From assembly GCA_002104905.1 (NCBI GenBank), contig MCFE01000096.1, forward strand, positions 109,075 to 173,074: a DNA stretch of 64,000 nucleotides. The letters run 5' to 3'. The stretch's first letter is position 1; each line of letters opens with the position of its first letter. Source of the stretch: Basidiobolus meristosporus CBS 931.73 (lineage: Eukaryota > Fungi > Basidiobolomycota). The notes under the pieces were generated by a model that saw only the letters and a program-made list of their open reading frames with translations, did not search any database and was not told the DNA's origin. The position numbers were made by a program, and so were the translations under genes. Positions 60,845-64,000 of this stretch are shown one piece after another.

Positions 60845-61760
60845 AGGGTTAGGGGGGGAGACAGTCACCAACAGGTGAAATCTTTATTTCAGTTGAAACA
60901 AAGAAGCCAGCGCTACTGTTGTAGCTTTGATACAAGAGTGTGTAGCTGAGGGGAATTTGTAGGTAAGTTAATAAGAAGTGATGATAGTTCTTCAGTGCTC
61001 AAGACACTGTTCAGTGGGAAGGGGGGTAGGAAGAGAGGTAAGAATGACTTGTGAACAACATTAATGAGGGGAATGTGATAAGGATTGATATTCATCATAA
61101 AGGGAGTGTGCTGCTGCAGATATTGCTGCCAAAGGTCTGTCAAGTACTTCAGGTAGGCCAGCTTGGGTTTTTCTGACTGCAGAATATAATGAGCAAACTT
61201 CTTGACTTCAGGATCTCCAAGTATAGTTCTCCAGCAGGAGCCAGGTGTAGTGTGGTGTGTTCTCTTCCAGGCCTTTATCAGTGGGTTGTTGCAGTGGTGA
61301 AGTCAGAGATATAATCTGGTTCTAAGGTAGAGAAGTCTGATCTTATAGGGCATAAACCCAAAAGCACCAAGAATAGCATGTCTGTAGGGGCATTCAGGCA
61401 AATGAGGCACCAAGGAGGTAATGCACCATACTGCAAACTTGCCAGGCTTAGTGCAGTCTCTAGAAGTAAGAGAGAGAAGTGGTAAGCCAAATTCCAGGAC
61501 AGGGAAGACAAACTGCTTGAGTAGAAGGAGGCAGCTGGGAGCTGAAGTTGTAGGAGGAGTAACAGCCAGTAGCTTGTGGAGTGCCTGTCTTGCCAGGATA
61601 ATTCTCTTCTTCAGGTGTGCTCCAGAGTCTAGTCCAGTAGGAAGGAAAGGAAAGCCAAGATATGTAGCAGAAACCTGAGCAGGTAGAGTGGAGTTCTCCA
61701 AGTTGATGGGAGAGCCCAAAGGTACTGTTGTTGCAATGGAAAGCTGGAGATTATTCTTCT
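60845..61760 (-). mobile_element. Degenerate non-LTR retrotransposon 3' portion (RT thumb region)
   Basis: ORF 61303-61719: ATYLGFPF...LLLLKQFVFPVLEFGL. The 3' end has AATAAA, a hairpin and CCCTAACCCT. Confidence 0.7.
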
Positions 61761-62563
61761 TAGGGTGTAGGTGTTATAGTAAGGGCTAGGAAAAGGTTAG
61801 AAGAGCAGGGGGTCTGGGGGACACAGTCCCCTAGAGAATAAAAAAGCAGGGGGTTTGGGGGATGCAATCCCCCATACTGCTCCCATACTCTTTAGATTCC
61901 CTTTGGATTACTTTTCTCTCATTCTTGGTTCTGGTCCCTTAGGGTTAGAATTCCTCCTCCTAACCCTTATCACCCTAACCATAAATATGTTTATCCTACA
62001 ATTGGCACATTGTCTGCTCATATAGTGGGCATGTCTGGGCCAGTATTTATCTCCCTATACTGTCCATATGCTCTGTATAATTCTTGATGACTATTTAATT
62101 AATAAATTGTTACTTTTAATGTATATCTAATAATTAATGGGAATCATCCCAATCTGGCCACAATCCCATATTTTGATAAGCTTTGGGCACCATAAATTCC
62201 GCGGCCCTAATATGATAAAAAAACTCATGGCTAATACAAATTTTCTGTAACCGGACTGCTTTTACCAAATATAAAGTGTATTCCAAAGTTTAATATATAT
62301 TATGGCTATAATAGAAACTTTATTTGACACCATTGCAGCCACTACTTGTGTTCTATGTGCACATGTATCCCGCAGGAATTGTAAAACTTAGCCACATGGT
62401 ACAAAAGTGCTTTTATTTTTCATCATGATAGTTTTATATGAGTTCCTAACGCACTTTGAAAGTATGCAGTAGCCATACCCCAACAGATTTTAAGGATGTC
62501 CACTAGTTACATCTACTTGTGTCTAACAAGAGCCATCAATTGTCAGCCACGCAATACTGAAAT

Positions 62564-62925
62564 TTAGGGTTAGGGGGAGGAAAGTCACCAAGTGGTGAAA
62601 TCTTTAGGGGGAGGAAAGTCACCAAGTGGTGAAATCTTTATTTACTTATGACAAGTATCTAAAGAAGCCAAGTTGATCTGAAGTTAATCCTAGAAAGCTA
62701 GGTCTGAGAGATATTTTCCTGGTAAGCCAGGTCTGAGAGTTGAGAAGCTGAGTGGTACTATATTTCCTAGTTAGCTAGGTCTGAGAGAGGTTTCCTGGAA
62801 AGCCAGGCCTGAGAAGTGAGAATCTGAATATAACTGAGCTAAGTTATACTGGTTTGCGGTAGCTGAATTGTGGCCGGAATGGCCAGTAGACTGGGGGAAC
62901 TGAGATGAATTTCTGGGTGATCACT
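62564..62925 (-). mobile_element. Short repeat-rich element sharing its 3' terminus with the LINE at 60845 (non-autonomous derivative?)
   Basis: Same AATAAAGATTTCACC..TTGGTGACT..CCCCCTAACCCT end. Internal C(T/C)AGG(T/C)CTGAGA subrepeats and a 34-bp tandem duplication at 62570-62637. Confidence 0.55.
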
Positions 62926-64000
62926 GGGTTAGGGTTAGGGTTAGGTTTCTAGACACTTTATTGGGAATTTCATATCAAGTGCTTGTCAATTAAGATAGTA
63001 TCCTTGTAACATGCAATAAAGAGGGAGTAATTGGAATCAATATGGGATGCACTTCAGACTTGGGAAGGGATAGCATTCACTAAAGTCTTATCTATAATAA
63101 TTCTGGCCTAATTGCTGATATCAAAGCTGAAAGCCTTAATTTCAAAGCTTTTTGGTTGTGAAATTGAAATAGTGCATCAGTATCCTCGAATCCAAAGCAT
63201 TTGTCAGCATGAGTGTAGTGAAAGTATTTCTGACACTTAGGACATTTGGATCCTAAACATAGTGTGCTCATTCTCCATCTGATAGCTTGAAATGCAAAGA
63301 ATGTTTCTTTCATATATAATGAGACATCTGCATGACTATGTGCATGGCGGCTACTTACTGCAATCAATCCTACTTTGTCATGGGGCCTAGTGGCCCTAGA
63401 GATGTTGTAAAGCTTTCTCTCAGCCATTGCAAGGTCAAATAATATTTGACAATTAGAAGAAAAACCAGCATTGCAAGCTAGGAACTTTTTGTAGCCTTCT
63501 GGCTTGTGTATATCTTGCAAAATTAATGAGTCTGAAGTGGTAGCTACTTTCTGAGACTTAATGATATTCACTAAGCCTTGTAATGGATTTTCAAGGGAGG
63601 ACTTAGCATAATGCATGCCAAATCTAATCCCAAGAGTCTCAAATCTGTCAGGTATGGACTCTATACCGCAAAGACTCTGAATGAGCCTACAGTACTGTCT
63701 TGAGTGATATATAGAGGCATTGACAACCCATCCAAGTGATTGTTGTTGAACTAGTGCAAGTTGTTGCCACTAAGAACTTTGAAGTGATAACTGCATCATT
63801 GGGGCTGCAAACTCCCACCTGGATCGGATGAAAGCCCTAAATAGGTGCAACCTAATGAGAGGAGGCCATCTGGCACCCTTGAGCTGGAGTAGCTTCAGTG
63901 TATTTGAAGCTTTAGTAACACACCTTTGTACATACATTGGCCAGTCAATGCCTTCTTGGGTAACTGGAAGACCCAGATAGTAATATGACTTAGGTTTTGG
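62926..64000 (-). mobile_element. Non-LTR retrotransposon 3' portion running out of the window, with a (TAACCC)3 tail
   Basis: YYYLGLPVTQEGIDW near 63990. C-terminal AIRWRM..KCPKCQKYFHYTHADKC in ORF 63092-63616. AATAAA at 62957-62962, then telomere-type repeats at 62926-62945. Confidence 0.75.

Overview
Eukaryotic DNA, almost certainly a fungus. Short GT..CTAAC..AG introns and the protein sequences suggest an early-diverging lineage; a Basidiobolus-like zoopagomycete is only a guess. The window has three compartments. (1) About 1-11.2 kb: dead transposons almost free of CpG (Ty3/gypsy end, Ty1/copia pieces and LTRs, a LINE-like relic, a CACTA/EnSpm transposase). (2) About 11.9-46 kb: a CpG-rich gene block with mL40, AP-2 alpha adaptin, NAT10/KRE33, an A20/AN1 zinc finger, QCR9, EPL1, a probable unannotated multi-exon gene, SEC63, a rhodanese-PTP phosphatase, NOP12, SPT20, a near-perfect inverted duplication of a TauD-family dioxygenase and a GLUT-like transporter. 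(3) About 46.9-64 kb: a CpG-depleted nest of copia elements and solo LTRs, including a full-length dead element with a Ty5-type half-tRNA-iMet PBS, plus LINE 3' ends. It surrounds a CpG-intact island with two divergently transcribed, intronless, secreted DUF3472-like paralogs. The most unusual items are the DUF3472 head-to-head pair, the TauD palindrome, three retroelement 3' ends finishing in AATAAA followed by telomere-type TAACCC, and a solo LTR that keeps CpGs lost in its siblings. All family calls come from motif recognition by eye; no searches were run.
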